Of a DNA stretch of 64,000 bases, positions 11,901-24,042 are shown piece by piece (positions within the stretch are counted from its first letter, which is position 1; each line of letters begins with the position of its first letter). Source of the stretch: Blepharisma stoltei ATCC 30299. Lineage: Eukaryota > Protista > Ciliophora. The stretch covers positions 248,001 to 312,000 of the forward strand of contig CBFDEM010000014.1 of NCBI GenBank assembly GCA_965603825.1. The letters run 5' to 3'. Under the pieces are notes generated by a model. It had not been told where the DNA came from. It saw only the letters and a program-made list of their open reading frames with translations, and did not search any database. A program made the position numbers and the translations under genes.

Positions 11901-13694
11901 TGCATTTTCTCTTTCAAAGTCTTTTACATAATCATTGAGTTCTAAAACTTTTATATTAGATGAGTCAACTTCTTTTTGGTATTTAGCTTTATATTCGTCT
12001 AAAATGTCTCGAAGCTCGTTTTCCATCTTGTCTTTATCTTCAATTAAATGAGAGACTTGCTCTTTTAGAGACTTTTCTTTTGCGGCATATTCTGATTTTT
12101 CGCCTTGCAATAAGCTGATTCTATTTAAAGAGTCATTTCGTTCAGAAATCAATCTTTCTTCTGTGAATTTTAGCTCTGTTTCTAGTCTTAAGATTTGTTC
12201 AGTAGATAAAATATGTTGCAGCTCTAACTCATTTAAAGCTTGCTTCAGCATATTATCTGTGACTTTTCGCAATTTTTCTCTGTAAAAATCTAAAAAGCAC
12301 TCTTTGCTGTTTGGGCCTTTTGGACCTTTACTATCAAAATCATTTTCAAAATTCCTTAATGCTCTTTCAAAATCCATAAGTTTCTTGATTTCTCCTTGCC
12401 TTATCTTCTGATCAATCTCCATATATCGCTCTGTCAAGAATTTTGCACATTCTTCTTTAGTTTCGGTTATATTTTCTTCTTTTAGTAGCTCAAATTTCTC
12501 TTTAATATGAATAATCAGCTCATTGAGATATCAAGATTTATCTTCGCCTAAACTTTTGCTTTCAAAATATTCAAGAGCTGCATGCTTTGAAGTTTTGTGA
12601 TAAATTATAAGTTTTTCAAAAGGAGCTGGGAACATTTCTTCTGCACATTTTTCCAAAGTTTTTTGATAAATTTCTTTGGATTCTTCAAATACTTTTCTAT
12701 TTTGGTTTTGACAAATATAGCTTCATGCATTTTCTATATTTGGGACAATACCAGAATTGATTGATTCAACATAAGCCTCAAGATAGCTTGCAATCATTTC
12801 TCCAGACAGCTCTTTTCCATTCATAATCTTGACATTTATGCTTTCAAGCACCTTTTTTCTCAAATCTAGGATTTGCTCTACGAATTCAGGTCTCAATTGA
12901 TTTTCATCCATATCATCAAGTCTTTGTAAGTCTTCTTCTCTTGAAACTGGCCTTATAAGAGTGCAGCAATCAATTTCTTTGAAGAAATTTGACATTAGCT
13001 TCCTTATACGATTTTTCTCTTCTACAGTATCCGAAAACCCTTTTTGAGGCTGTAAAGCTAGTTCTAAATACTCTTTAGGTGCTATTTTTTTCCCTTCAGG
13101 ATCAATTAATTTCAAAGTGAAATCTCTAGCAACCCACAAAAAAGAAGGAAAATACGCAGCGTAGTCTTCGCAGCCAAGCTCATCTGATTGAGATTGTGAG
13201 CTTTTTAGGTGAATATGCTTTGTTAAGTTTACAACCAAACTTAAATTTTGAATTGCATCTTCGTCAATTGCTCCTACAGAATTATAAATAAAATTCGAGC
13301 TCAGCAAGATAGCAAGAGAAAAGATGCGAGTATCATGGTTAGAGTCTTCATCAAGTGCTCCAATACCTTCAGAATCAATAATTATTACATTGCAGGGCTT
13401 TCCTTCTTTTGTTATTCCAGATATAGGAGATCCCCAAATCCATAGACCTTTGGTGCAAGGATTTACTGTTGGCCCTACCCCAAAACCTTTTTTTCGATTT
13501 AGGATGACTCTATTGAGCAAGTAGGATTTTCCTGTACGATACATCCCTGCGACAGAAATTACTCCTAATGGCTCATTCAAGGATTTTAAAAAATCAAGCC
13601 CTTTTTGTTCTAATTGAAATTTTCTTGTGATACTGTCATATGAAATAAGAAGTAAAGGCTCTTCATGATAAGAAGAAGAACGTAAATAGTCCAT
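8934..13694 (-). CDS. Guanylate-binding protein (GBP/atlastin family) with very long coiled-coil tail (1586 aa; 4 UGA-Trp)
   Basis: G1 GMYRTGKS, G2 PCTKGLWIW, G3 DSEG, G4 RDF, VPNIENAW; TGA at 12723, 12531, 11193 and 11088, all in frame. Confidence 0.9.
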
Positions 13695-13963
13695 TGTTAG
13701 TTTATTTATTAATGCTGAAAAAGAAAATCTAACAAGAATGAAAAATGGCAATATAAAATAGAAAAATTGTGTGTATAATAGAAAAAATCAATGATATGGC
13801 TCATTTATTAGCTTTTCAGTATTGGATCTGCAATTCTTTAGTCATATAATCTATTTGAGTTTAATATAAAATTTGAAGCAAAATATATGAAAAGTATCAG
13901 AACTTTTCATTTTTTTATTAGCAAGCTATTTTTTTGGAATAAATTAATTACAAGAATTTTATT

Positions 13964-14821
13964 TTATTTCTTCTTTGGCTCAATAATATCTTTTCTATTT
14001 ATTGGTGGCAATTCTTGCGATCCATCAAACCACCCGACGCTTCTGCTTGAGCAGCTTTCGAACGATAAATCACTTCTATCTGTGTCCCCTTCGCCCTCGC
14101 TCTGAGCAATCTTTTGCCCTAAATCATAATTTTCTTTCATTAATCTTTGTTGAGTTTCTAGCATTTTTTCATACATGTGTTTATATTTCCTGACTTCCCT
14201 CTTTGCCATTCTCATTTGCTGTTTAATTCTCTGCAGATCTGACTCCATTATCCTGATTTTTCTTTTTTCCTCACTTATAAATCCCCCTGCACTTTCGCTG
14301 TCGCTGCTGAAACTTGAGTCAGTTATTACATCTTCTACTGTATTCTCTCCTTCTTTTGTAGAGTCTACATCACTAACAGATCGGCTTCTATTTTGTGCAT
14401 CGGTTCGAAATCGAAGTTCACTAAGTAAAAACTACAATATTTCTTGCTCTGTGTACTCTTGAGCTAATTGTTTAGACATTGCATTAATTATTTCTTCTTG
14501 CTCCTGATTCAAAGTGTGCTCTATGTTATTTTGATCTTGCATTAGTTTTTCTAGAGATCTATAAATTATGTTTGTGATAGTTTCTTCTTCTCTTTCAAGA
14601 GAACTCAAAAATAGCTCTTTTTCCCTTTGAAGTGCCCTTAGTCTTCTTGCGAGATCAGTAGAGACTCCTGAAGCGCCTTGTAAGAGTTGATGCTTCTGAG
14701 TAAAATTTACAAATCGTTGACTTTCTTCATCTTTTATTCTAAGTTGATCTTGAAGGTTTTTATTTTTATTCTGTTCAGCTTCTAACATCTTTTGTAAAGC
14801 TTCAAGATTGTCTGCTTCCAT
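13964..14821 (-). CDS. CCDC6/DUF2046-like coiled-coil protein; 1 intron
   Basis: LQREKELFLSSLEREEETITN..LNQEQEEIINAMSKQL repeats resemble CCDC6; intron 14421-14435 joins two track ORFs. Confidence 0.7.
14421..14435 (-). other. 15-nt intron GTAGTTTTTACTTAG
   Basis: Consensus match; removes the in-frame TAG. Confidence 0.85.
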
Positions 14822-15338
14822 TTGATAATTTTTTTATTAATTTATGCCAAAATGAGAAACTATTTAATAAAATTTTAGAGAAAATAATATCAGTCAGCAT
14901 TGCTAAATTCAAAGTAGGCTAAAAATTTTTTATTATTTCTATATGCACATGTTTCTTCACGGCTTAAATATATTTCCTGGGGTCTATAAAAATTTCATAA
15001 GCATAATCTTTTTAACTGAAATTCAGATTATAGTAAAATATTAAAAATTCGTATAATGGCAATGTATCATTTAAAGTTAGGTATACGATTTTATAGACTA
15101 GCTTCTTTAATTGCTCATTCTTGTATGAATTTAGATTATTCTTACAATGTTTATTTCATAATTAAAACATTTTCAACTAATGAAATATTTTGTCACACTT
15201 AAATGGTGTTTTAATGATCTAGCAGTCACAATCTATGATTTCAGTATATCAATTAATGCAAACCAACTAAAATAATTTTATATAATTAACCACAAATATG
15301 ATGATCCTTAACCACTTTAATTGCAGATAATATTAAAT

Positions 15339-16196
15339 ATGTTGGCTTCTCGCTATGCTTCTCGTTTAATTCCTAGCTTCCCAAGAGCCAAGTTTTCTAC
15401 TAATCTCCAAAAATACGAAAACATTGAGAAATATTGGAATGCCAATGCAGAATGGTATGAAAAGCACCAAACTCAATGCTCATCTGACATCTATAGAAGT
15501 ATGATCCCTTTCCTTCACCTCGACAAAGCTAAAAACGTTCTCGAAGTTGGCGCAAGCAACGGCATAGGTGCTGAAATTATGTTACAGCATGCAGCTCCAG
15601 ATACAAAATTCACATTAGTCGAAGTCTCCCAAAAACTTATAGATCTCGCCAAAGCCAAAAATTTGCCTAGAAGCGAAATCTTAAAAATAAACTCTGACGA
15701 ACTTCCGTTCCCAGGAGAAAAGTTCGACAGATATGTCAGTTTAGCAACTATTGAAGAATTGGAAAACCCACACAGAGTTGTGAGGGAAGCCTACAGATTA
15801 GTTGCACCTAATGGAGGAATATTAGGAATTTCAGTATTGGGTAGAAGAAGTTCAAGCACTTATACAATGATCTTTGAAAGAATAAGGCACAAATTTGGAA
15901 TTGAAAACCAAATCAGACTGAGAAGAGAGCTCAGCAACCCTGGGACGTTGAAAGGTATGCTGAAGACCGCTGGGTTTAAGAGAGTGATTACTTTTTATGA
16001 ACAATACCATTTCCCTACAACTGATGTGAATAAACTTAAGAACATCTTTTTGGAAGAACCTGGAATTAATGCACTCGTAAAAGCAGGGAAAAAGGCAGAA
16101 GTTGAACAAGCTGTTATTGAAGAGCTAAATAGTGTCATTCAAGTAGAAGAAACTGCTTTGAATTATGAAGCACTCCTAGTCATGGCCTATAAGTAA
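15339..16196 (+). CDS. Class I SAM-dependent methyltransferase, probably mitochondrial
   Basis: Motif I VLEVGASNG and ELPFPGEKFDRYVS; Arg/Ser-rich presequence MLASRYASRLIPSFPRAKFS. Confidence 0.8.
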   Translation: MLASRYASRLIPSFPRAKFSTNLQKYENIEKYWNANAEWYEKHQTQCSSDIYRSMIPFLHLDKAKNVLEVGASNGIGAEIMLQHAAPDTKFTLVEVSQKLIDLAKAKNLPRSEILKINSDELPFPGEKFDRYVSLATIEELENPHRVVREAYRLVAPNGGILGISVLGRRSSSTYTMIFERIRHKFGIENQIRLRRELSNPGTLKGMLKTAGFKRVITFYEQYHFPTTDVNKLKNIFLEEPGINALVKAGKKAEVEQAVIEELNSVIQVEETALNYEALLVMAYK

Positions 16197-16269
16197 AATC
16201 ATTATCTTAATAATCCCGAATTATTAATTATTCTATCATTTTAATAATTAGATATTCAAAGTTCCAGAA

Positions 16270-17928
16270 ATGGCAACGTCTCGTTTAGAGGAGCTTTTAA
16301 ATAAAATTGAGGAACCACCCCTTCCAGAAATCACTGATAACTATGAAATTGATCTGAGAAATTTTAGAATATATCTTGGACACTTAAAGGAATACAAAGA
16401 AAGCATAATAAAATTTGGACAAATATCAAAATTTCATGCAGAAAAGACAAGAGTTTATAATTCGAAATTAGAGACTGCAGAAGCATTAATTAAAGCTGTA
16501 TTGAAGGATATCGAGAGATTGGAAGAAAATCATCATCCAAGGAATTATAAGAAATTTGGAGGGTCACAAAATAAATTTAAAAGAGTTTCTGCTCAACAAA
16601 TATTAGAAAATCCAGGAATTTTGAATGGGGTTGAAGAAGGCATAATAGAAGACGAGCATAATTCAATTTTTGTATTAAGACTATCGGAAGAAGCATTCCC
16701 TGTTAGTGAATGCCCTGTATGTGATGAGGCTGGGTTTAGCAGCAAAAGCGAGCTCATAGATCATCTCAAAGAGCACTTAACATATACCAATTTTAGCCAC
16801 AGCTCAAAACCATTTCAAAATGAAAATTTAGAAATTTCAAAAAAATATAAAATTAATCAACTAAGAGGAGCTCCTCCTAGAAGTGCATGAATGGCACTTG
16901 CTTCTGAAATACAAAATTTATATCAAAATGAAAGGCAAGATGAAGGTCTTTTGACTTTTAAGTATGAAATATCCAATTATTTAGAAGATATTTTTAAAAC
17001 AATTTATCCAAATAGTTCGCTAAGGATGTATGGGTCTAATTTGAATGGATTCACTACAACTAATAGTGACTTAGACTTAAGCCTTTCGATAGATCTAAAA
17101 GAAGCTTTTAAATCCCCAAGGGAGAAAACCTTTGATTTAATTTCAGCAAATTTTGAAGGACCTGTTAAAACCAATGATTTATGTGAATTAATTATTTTGT
17201 CGAAAATATGTGACTCATTGGAAGAAATAAAGGCAACTGATATTGAATTGAGAGCTTCTGCAAGAGTTAGAATCATCAATTTTTTAACCCCCACAGAGCC
17301 AAAATTAGAAGTAGATTTATGCTTAAATAATGACCTAGCCGTAGAAAATTCGAAAATGCTCAAAGCATACAGCCTAATTGATACAAGAGTGCCATGTTTA
17401 GGAATTGTCATAAAATGCTGAGCCAAGGCAAGAAAAATAGCTGACCCTAAAAATGGAACTCTGTCGTCATATGCATATATCATTTTGCTAATTTTTTTCT
17501 TGCAAAGGGTTTCTCATCCAATTTTACCTTATCTTCAGCTCTATGTAACTGAAGAGAAGAAGATTGGGGAATATGATTGCTCTTTTGATAACGATATTGC
17601 AAAATATCAAGCATCTGCCCAAGCTAACCAAATGAACGAAGGTGAGCTTTTATTTGAATTTTTCAAATTTTTCTCGTTATTTGATTGGAGAAATAATGTG
17701 GTTGACATCAGAAAAAGAGAAAATGTAAGTAAATCTGGAACTCAAAATGAACCTTTTATTTCTATTCAGGATCCATTTGAAACTACTAGAAATCTTGGAG
17801 ATGTTTGCAAGCCTTTAGGAGTGAAAAGAATAAAAAATGAATTTAAAAGAGCTGCTGCTGAGATAATAAAAGGGAAAAGACTGCAGAAATTATTAGAATA
17901 CGAACAGATACGTCAGATAAATAATTAA
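16270..17928 (+). CDS. Cid1/TUTase-family terminal nucleotidyltransferase with C2H2 zinc finger (552 aa; 2 UGA-Trp)
   Basis: YGSNLNGFTTTNSDLDL, VDLCLNN, IKCWAK (W=TGA 17419), GTLSSYA, IQDPFE; zinc finger CPVC..HLKEH. Confidence 0.88.
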
Positions 17929-17971
17929 CCTGAATTGTAAAATTAATTTGTTATGGTTTTATGTTTTTCTA

Positions 17972-18433
17972 TTATTTTGATTTCCAATCATATTCAAGTT
18001 TCTTAGCGATATTTCGCTTGTGATATTCAGCTAGCTCTTTATCATTTAGTCCTCTGTTTTCATACTTTTGTCCACAATAATCTAGAAATCTTCCAAACTC
18101 ATTGAAGTGCCAATAAACACATCCTAATAATGGAAATACAACTATTGGTGTAAGCCAAAGTCCAGCCCCAGGCTTTAAATAATCTTTTAAATGAAATACT
18201 CCCATCCCGGTAAGCAGACTAAGTCCTGCACCAATCACAAAAACTTTCTTCGAAAAATCATTTCTATAGTAATTAAATCTTTTCAAATCTTCTCGATCTA
18301 TTAAATATTCTTGGTTTATAGGATAATCCACATATGTATTCTGATTATCTTGCAAAAATCTCACAATTTTTCTTCGTGGATTTGTATCTCCAGGAACTTC
18401 TTCAACTTTCGTGAATTTGCTGTACCCTACCAT
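17972..18433 (-). CDS. Uncharacterised small protein with two TM segments
   Basis: 153-aa ATG-TAA ORF with two hydrophobic segments. Confidence 0.7.
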   Translation of the reverse strand: MVGYSKFTKVEEVPGDTNPRRKIVRFLQDNQNTYVDYPINQEYLIDREDLKRFNYYRNDFSKKVFVIGAGLSLLTGMGVFHLKDYLKPGAGLWLTPIVVFPLLGCVYWHFNEFGRFLDYCGQKYENRGLNDKELAEYHKRNIAKKLEYDWKSK

Positions 18434-18515
18434 TATAAAAAGTTATGAAGATTATAATAATTATGGTATTAACAATTATTGATTATCATGTTGCATTTTC
18501 AAAATTACTCTGCTA

Positions 18516-20756
18516 CTATTCAGGGATGCTATATGAGGTGTTTAAAGGCTCTTCACTTGGTGTTTCTTCATCAGACTCAAAATAAGAATAATTGTCTGGA
18601 ATAGAATCTTGCCGAGAACCCTTTCTAATTAGCTGCGATTGCTGACCATTTTTATACCCCATTATTTTAGCAACATCTGAAACGTGCTTCTCCAAGCTTC
18701 CAAGATAAGCTTGGGCACTTTCAAGCCTTGTATACAAGTCTCCAAGTGTCAATTTCTTTTGTTTAGACACTTTGTGGAACCCAATTTCAGTGATTCGCTT
18801 TTTTATAGTTTCAGCTTTTTTCATCTTCAATTTTTTTTCAATTTTATCCTTAAAGTTTGCTGGGTCAATAGCAAATAATTTGCCTTCTTTTGACATAGAG
18901 TTATATTCTTTTATTTCAAGCGCTGTTTTTTCATTGAGCATATCCCTTTCTTCAGCCACCTCAGTCATTTCATCTCACACTCCTGGGAATTCCCTTCTAA
19001 CCGTGCTTATTAAGCTTTTCCCCATAATGAGTAATTCTGAGCTTCTTATAGCTTTTGCGTTGTATTTTCTTGGGATTTGATATATGACTTCTACATCTCC
19101 AAAATAAGACCCTTTCTGAGCAGAATACACGACTGCTTCATCCCAGCAAATATAGCTTACGCGCCCTCTTATCAAAAAATAAATTTCTTCCGCAAATTCA
19201 TCTTTTTTATAAATATACTCTTTGAAGTTCACAAACATGGGCTGGAGAAATGGGACAATTGACGCTACAATTACTGGGTCTTTATCTTCGAAAAATACAA
19301 GCTCTTTAACTGCTCCATGATGCATGGCGAGAGCAACTTCATATCGGAGATGCTTTGGAAGCTCGTTAAATATGCTGTTTTTATCTCCCCATGAAAATCC
19401 TGTTCTTTCTGACGAATATTTAAGTGCGTGCCTCAGCTTAAATTTTAAGCCTTTGGTTAGCTTTGATTCTGTAGCGAACTCATCAATGGCTGCCAGCTTA
19501 TTTGTGAGGACATTTTCTTTTGTGCTTAAGCCGTTTAGCATTGATGATAAACTTCCAACTGTAAATGACACAAAATAAAGAGCAGAAAGCATCCAGAATA
19601 TACATAAAATCATCTCTAAATCTGTAACAGCTGTGATATCCCCATATCCGATGCCGCAGACTGTTGTTACTGCTCAATAAATGCAAGTAATATAAAGTGT
19701 TGGCACATCAGAATCGAGGTACCCACCTCGAAATACTCATGTATCAGGTGAAAAATTTTGGATTTTCGCAGAATAATACCAAATACAAGAAACAACATGA
19801 ACACATAGCATTATTGTAAAAAATGACTGAAATAAACGCATTCCAGTGTGCTTGATACTTAAAAAGTCTTGTAGCATCTCAAAAATGTAGTTGTGCTTGT
19901 AATGCTTCATCATTTTAGCTAGCCTCGTAATCCTTGCAAGTCTATACAGCTTTGGCAGCCTTAAAAGTTTTATCATACTGCTATTCGTGGAGCTGCCATT
20001 CTGATCATTGCCAACTCCAAACAGTCCAAAAGGAATGCAAGAAACAACATCAATTGCAAACCAGCCTGTCACGTACCTCAGGATAATTTTAAACCTAGAT
20101 GACACAAGTATTCCATCAGTATCATAGTAAGCACTAAAAAGCTGTATCACAATATCAATAAAAAACATGACATTCAGTGCCATATCGATATAGAATCAGC
20201 AATCAAAGCCATTGCTTTCATAAAACGCCATAGTAAAAGGCATCACAGTTACACAATAAATCAGCCCAAAAGCTATGATAATATTTCAAATAATTTTTGG
20301 CTTGGCATTTGGATGTATAATCATAAAGGGCAGAGATTCTTTTACTTGGACTTCATGTAAGCTAAACGTTTGCTTTCTTTCTGGTGGCTCCATGCTAATG
20401 ATCCTCGCAGTTAATCTAGGAGATGATAAATGTCCGTATAAATGCACATGCTTAGATAAAGCTCTCAGAACAAATATTACTTTCAGTTTAAATCATACCC
20501 GTTTTCACACATCATTATAAGGGGAGTCTGGGACTGGAACGTTTCTAAAAAGCCTTCTGTTCCTCTCAGTTGAGTTAATTCGTTCTGATTCAAGCATTGG
20601 TTTTTCTTCAGATTCATTAGAATTAATGATCGCTGTATATGGATAAGTTGATTGTTTTTCAGCATCGTCTCGGCTATTCTGCTGAGAATCATTTTCTGAA
20701 TTAATCGGCATAATAGTTATGCTTGGGTTAGAAATCTGATTGGATTTTACCATCAT
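18516..20756 (-). CDS. 6TM voltage-gated K+-channel-family protein with cyclic-nucleotide-binding domain (KCNH/HCN-like; 746 aa; 7 UGA-Trp)
   Basis: S4 KLLRLPKLYRLARITRLAK, pore YWAVTTVCGIGYGD, C-linker ELPKHLRYEV, CNBD GSYFGDVE..PRKYNAKA; TGA at 20505, 20493, 20286, 20196, 19737, 19674, 18975. Confidence 0.9.
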
Positions 20757-20778
20757 AGTTAAAATTTTTGATCTAAAT

Positions 20779-22440
20779 ATGAAACATTTACTATTTGCTG
20801 TGCCCTGTGAGACAATTCAAAAGCTTTTGTATCTAACTTATGCAGCTGTAGCAATTATATGAGCATCGTTTGATGGAAGTATTGGCGATGATGGAGTAAC
20901 AGTTTTAAACAGCATTGAACTGGGCTTGCTAATTCTTATTATTGCTGTAGTTTTATACAACATTTTATCAAATTTCAATGTAAAAGCAATGTAGTCAATT
21001 AATTTTACAACCCAAAAGCTTTTAAGCATGATTATTACTGTGGTGTGTCTGATAATGAGTTTGACTCAATTATCAGGGGCGCCAATCAGAAATAAATCAG
21101 GGATTAAAGGCATTTTTTTAGTTTTTAAACTTATTTTGGCGGATATAGCGATGTATGATATGCTGACTTCAAAAGAAAACTTTCACAAGTCACAGAGCTC
21201 AGTTGAGGTAATTAATCCAATTGATGGCAAATTAGCAGAAATATTAAATAACGCCATGAAATTAGCTTCAAATGCCAATGACAAAGATCTTATGAGCGAA
21301 ATTAGTTTGTATTTTAAATCAGTATGCTACAAAAGCCCTTATGAAATTGAGCCAGATGAAAAAATTGAAGACAAAAGAGATGAAGCTGCAAGCTTAATCG
21401 GCTGGAATTTTAGTTTGAAGCTAGATGAAACTTCCCACCCAATTGATCCTCAAGACATTGTTCCTGAGGCTTTTCATAGCTCTAGAAATCAAGATCTCGA
21501 TCAATTAGAAACATTTGAATTTGATATTTTCAGGTTCAATGAAGAAAACAATCACAATGGCTTACAAATAATTATGAATCACCTTTTTAATAAATTCGAT
21601 TTGTTCAATTCTCTTAATATTCCTCAAAAACAATTCAGAAAATTCATTCTAAGAATTCAATCTGGTTACAAATCAGAAAATGCTTATCATAATTCAACTC
21701 ATGCAGCAGACGTCGTTCAAGCTTTCCACTTTTTGCTGCATAATTTTGACGCTAAAGAAATTTGCAATTTTTCACTAGCAGAAATAGCCATTTGCTATAT
21801 AAGTGCTTCAATTCACGATTATCAGCATCCAGGGTTGACAAATTTTTTTTTAATTAATACACAGCACAAGTTGGCTATGCTTTATAATGACACAGCTGTG
21901 CTCGAAAATTTCCATGTATCATCTGCTTTTAACTTGATAATGAAGCCTAGTACAAATATTTTCGTAGATATGGATCCAGCATCAATTAAACTATTTCGGT
22001 CAAAAATCATTAGTTTAGTCCTTGCGACTGATATGAGCAAGCACTTCGAAGAAATAAATCGCTTTGAAAATTTAATTAAATCACAAGAAATTGCTTCTGA
22101 AGGAGGAAAAAGCACAATGATGGAACTGCTTATGCATTTTTGTGATATAAGCAATGTTTTTCGACCTTATGAAATTTGCCGCAAATGAGCTGAACTAATT
22201 AGCCAAGAGTTTTTCTTGCAAGGAGACCAAGAAAAAGAGCTTGGAATTCTACTATCTCCTACTTGTGACAGAAATAATGTTATCATTCCAAAAGCACAGC
22301 TCAGCTTTATAGCGAATTTTATTGATCCTTTCCTTAACCCTATGAAAACAGTTTTCCCGAAATTTGAAAATCTTGTAGTGTTATTGGATAAAAATAAAGA
22401 AGAATTGCAAAAGAGTTTGGCTGAGAGCTCTGGAATTTAA
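20779..22440 (+). CDS. Class I cyclic-nucleotide phosphodiesterase with N-terminal TM bundle; 1 intron, 2 UGA-Trp
   Basis: YHNSTHAADV, HDYQHPG, LATDMSKH, HFCDISN, CRKWAELISQEFFLQGDQEK (W=TGA 22186); intron 20980-20994 extends the ORF to ATG 20779. Confidence 0.88.
20980..20994 (+). other. 15-nt intron GTAAAAGCAATGTAG
   Basis: Consensus match; removes the in-frame TAG. Confidence 0.8.
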
Positions 22441-22508
22441 ATTTTGTAGTAAAATAGTTCATTGGTAATTAATCAAAATGTCATAAATTAAATAAATTTT
22501 AAGCTAAA

Positions 22509-23402
22509 ATGAGTCGTGATCAGTCTCGAATTCAGATTAGATCGTCTCTGAGGAAACATTCTCAGCGAGTCGTAAAATCTTTGAAAACTATAAAAAGTTT
22601 AACGGTTTTTTCAACTGAACAAGGCAGAGATAGTGAAAATTCTGCCATTCGATCTTCAAAAATTTTTAGTCTGAGTGGAGCAACAACTGAGAGAAATTTA
22701 GGTGTGAATGTTCATGATAAAAGTTTATCACCTGATTATCAGAATAATTCAGTGAGGAAAACATTTTCAGTTTCGAAATTAAAGACTTTAAAAATATTTG
22801 ATCAAGCTGCAGAAAGTAAAAGGATTGAAAATTCTTTAATTTCTACTAAAAATACCTGCATCTCTCAGGATGCCTCGTCTTATGAACAAAATGTCAATGC
22901 TTCTGCTGTTGAAAAGCGGCGAAGAATTGCAAGAAACACAACCTTAAAGCTTAATATCAGAGCTAAAAAGCATTTAAATGATGTTGAAGAAGACGATGGC
23001 ACTGGCTCTGAAGAAACTTTTTTTAAATCTAGCCCAAAGCAAGTGATAGAAGAAGCCAGTGAACTGAATCATGCAAAGGTAAAACTTTTCAAGAAGCATC
23101 ATGTAAAAGAATTTAAAATTCAAGAACATGATGAAAATGTGCAAGGGCATGCATTAAGTGCAAGAGCCCAAAGAGTTAATTGGCTAAACAGTGTGTGGGC
23201 AGAGACTAAAAGTCCTACTGATTTTAGAATTAAAATTAGAGGAAAAATTATTAATTCTTCCAGAGTGAAAATAGCTCAAGAAAGAGCTTCATCTAATGCT
23301 GATGGGAAGAATAGTGAAGTATTAAAAGGGCAAATTGAAGAAAGAAAAAGCCCAGCCAATAGATGAACTTGGAAAGGGTCAAGTGGTGTATATTTAAAAT
23401 AA
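22509..23402 (+). CDS. Uncharacterised basic disordered protein, paralogue of 24043-24981
   Basis: TGA 23364 read as W gives C-terminal RWTWKGSSGVYLK, matching the neighbour's RWTWKGANGVIFS. Confidence 0.8.
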
Positions 23403-24042
23403 TTCTATATATTTAAGCTAAAATATATTAATTAATTATTTTTTTTTCATTATAATTTGACTTTGCTTTAATTTAACGTTTTTTGAGCTAAATTTCTCTA
23501 ATAACTTGAATTTTCCATTTTTCTGTCTGATGATATATAATTTAATATTATAAGTTTAAAATTATTAAGCTATAAGAATTTGTAAAGAATGACTCCATCC
23601 TCCAAAATTTAATTTTAATGTTTTGATAATATAGGTAATAAAATTGATTGGCCTTATTTTCTGGAAAGTTTCGCTATTAGATGATATAATAATTTTAGCT
23701 TATTTTAATTTAAAGTGCTAGCTATAGTTAAAATATCGCTTTCATCTTAAGCATATAAATGCTTTAATATATAGATCTTAGATAAATTCCTTTCTGTCAT
23801 TCCATCTTAAGCTACTAAAATAAGCAAATTATATGAGTCTGTTTGCTCCCCAAAACTTTATCTCTTAATGATTAAGAACTGTATATATTAAATAGCCACT
23901 TATTGTATTTTAATTTATTTACTAAAGTGCCCGAAATCCAGAATAACAGTTGACGGAATTTTTGGAAATACTTTGAAGGTAAATTTTGGTAAATCCACAC
24001 CATTAAGTGAATGCATAATAAATAAAACAAGCTGGCGTGGCA

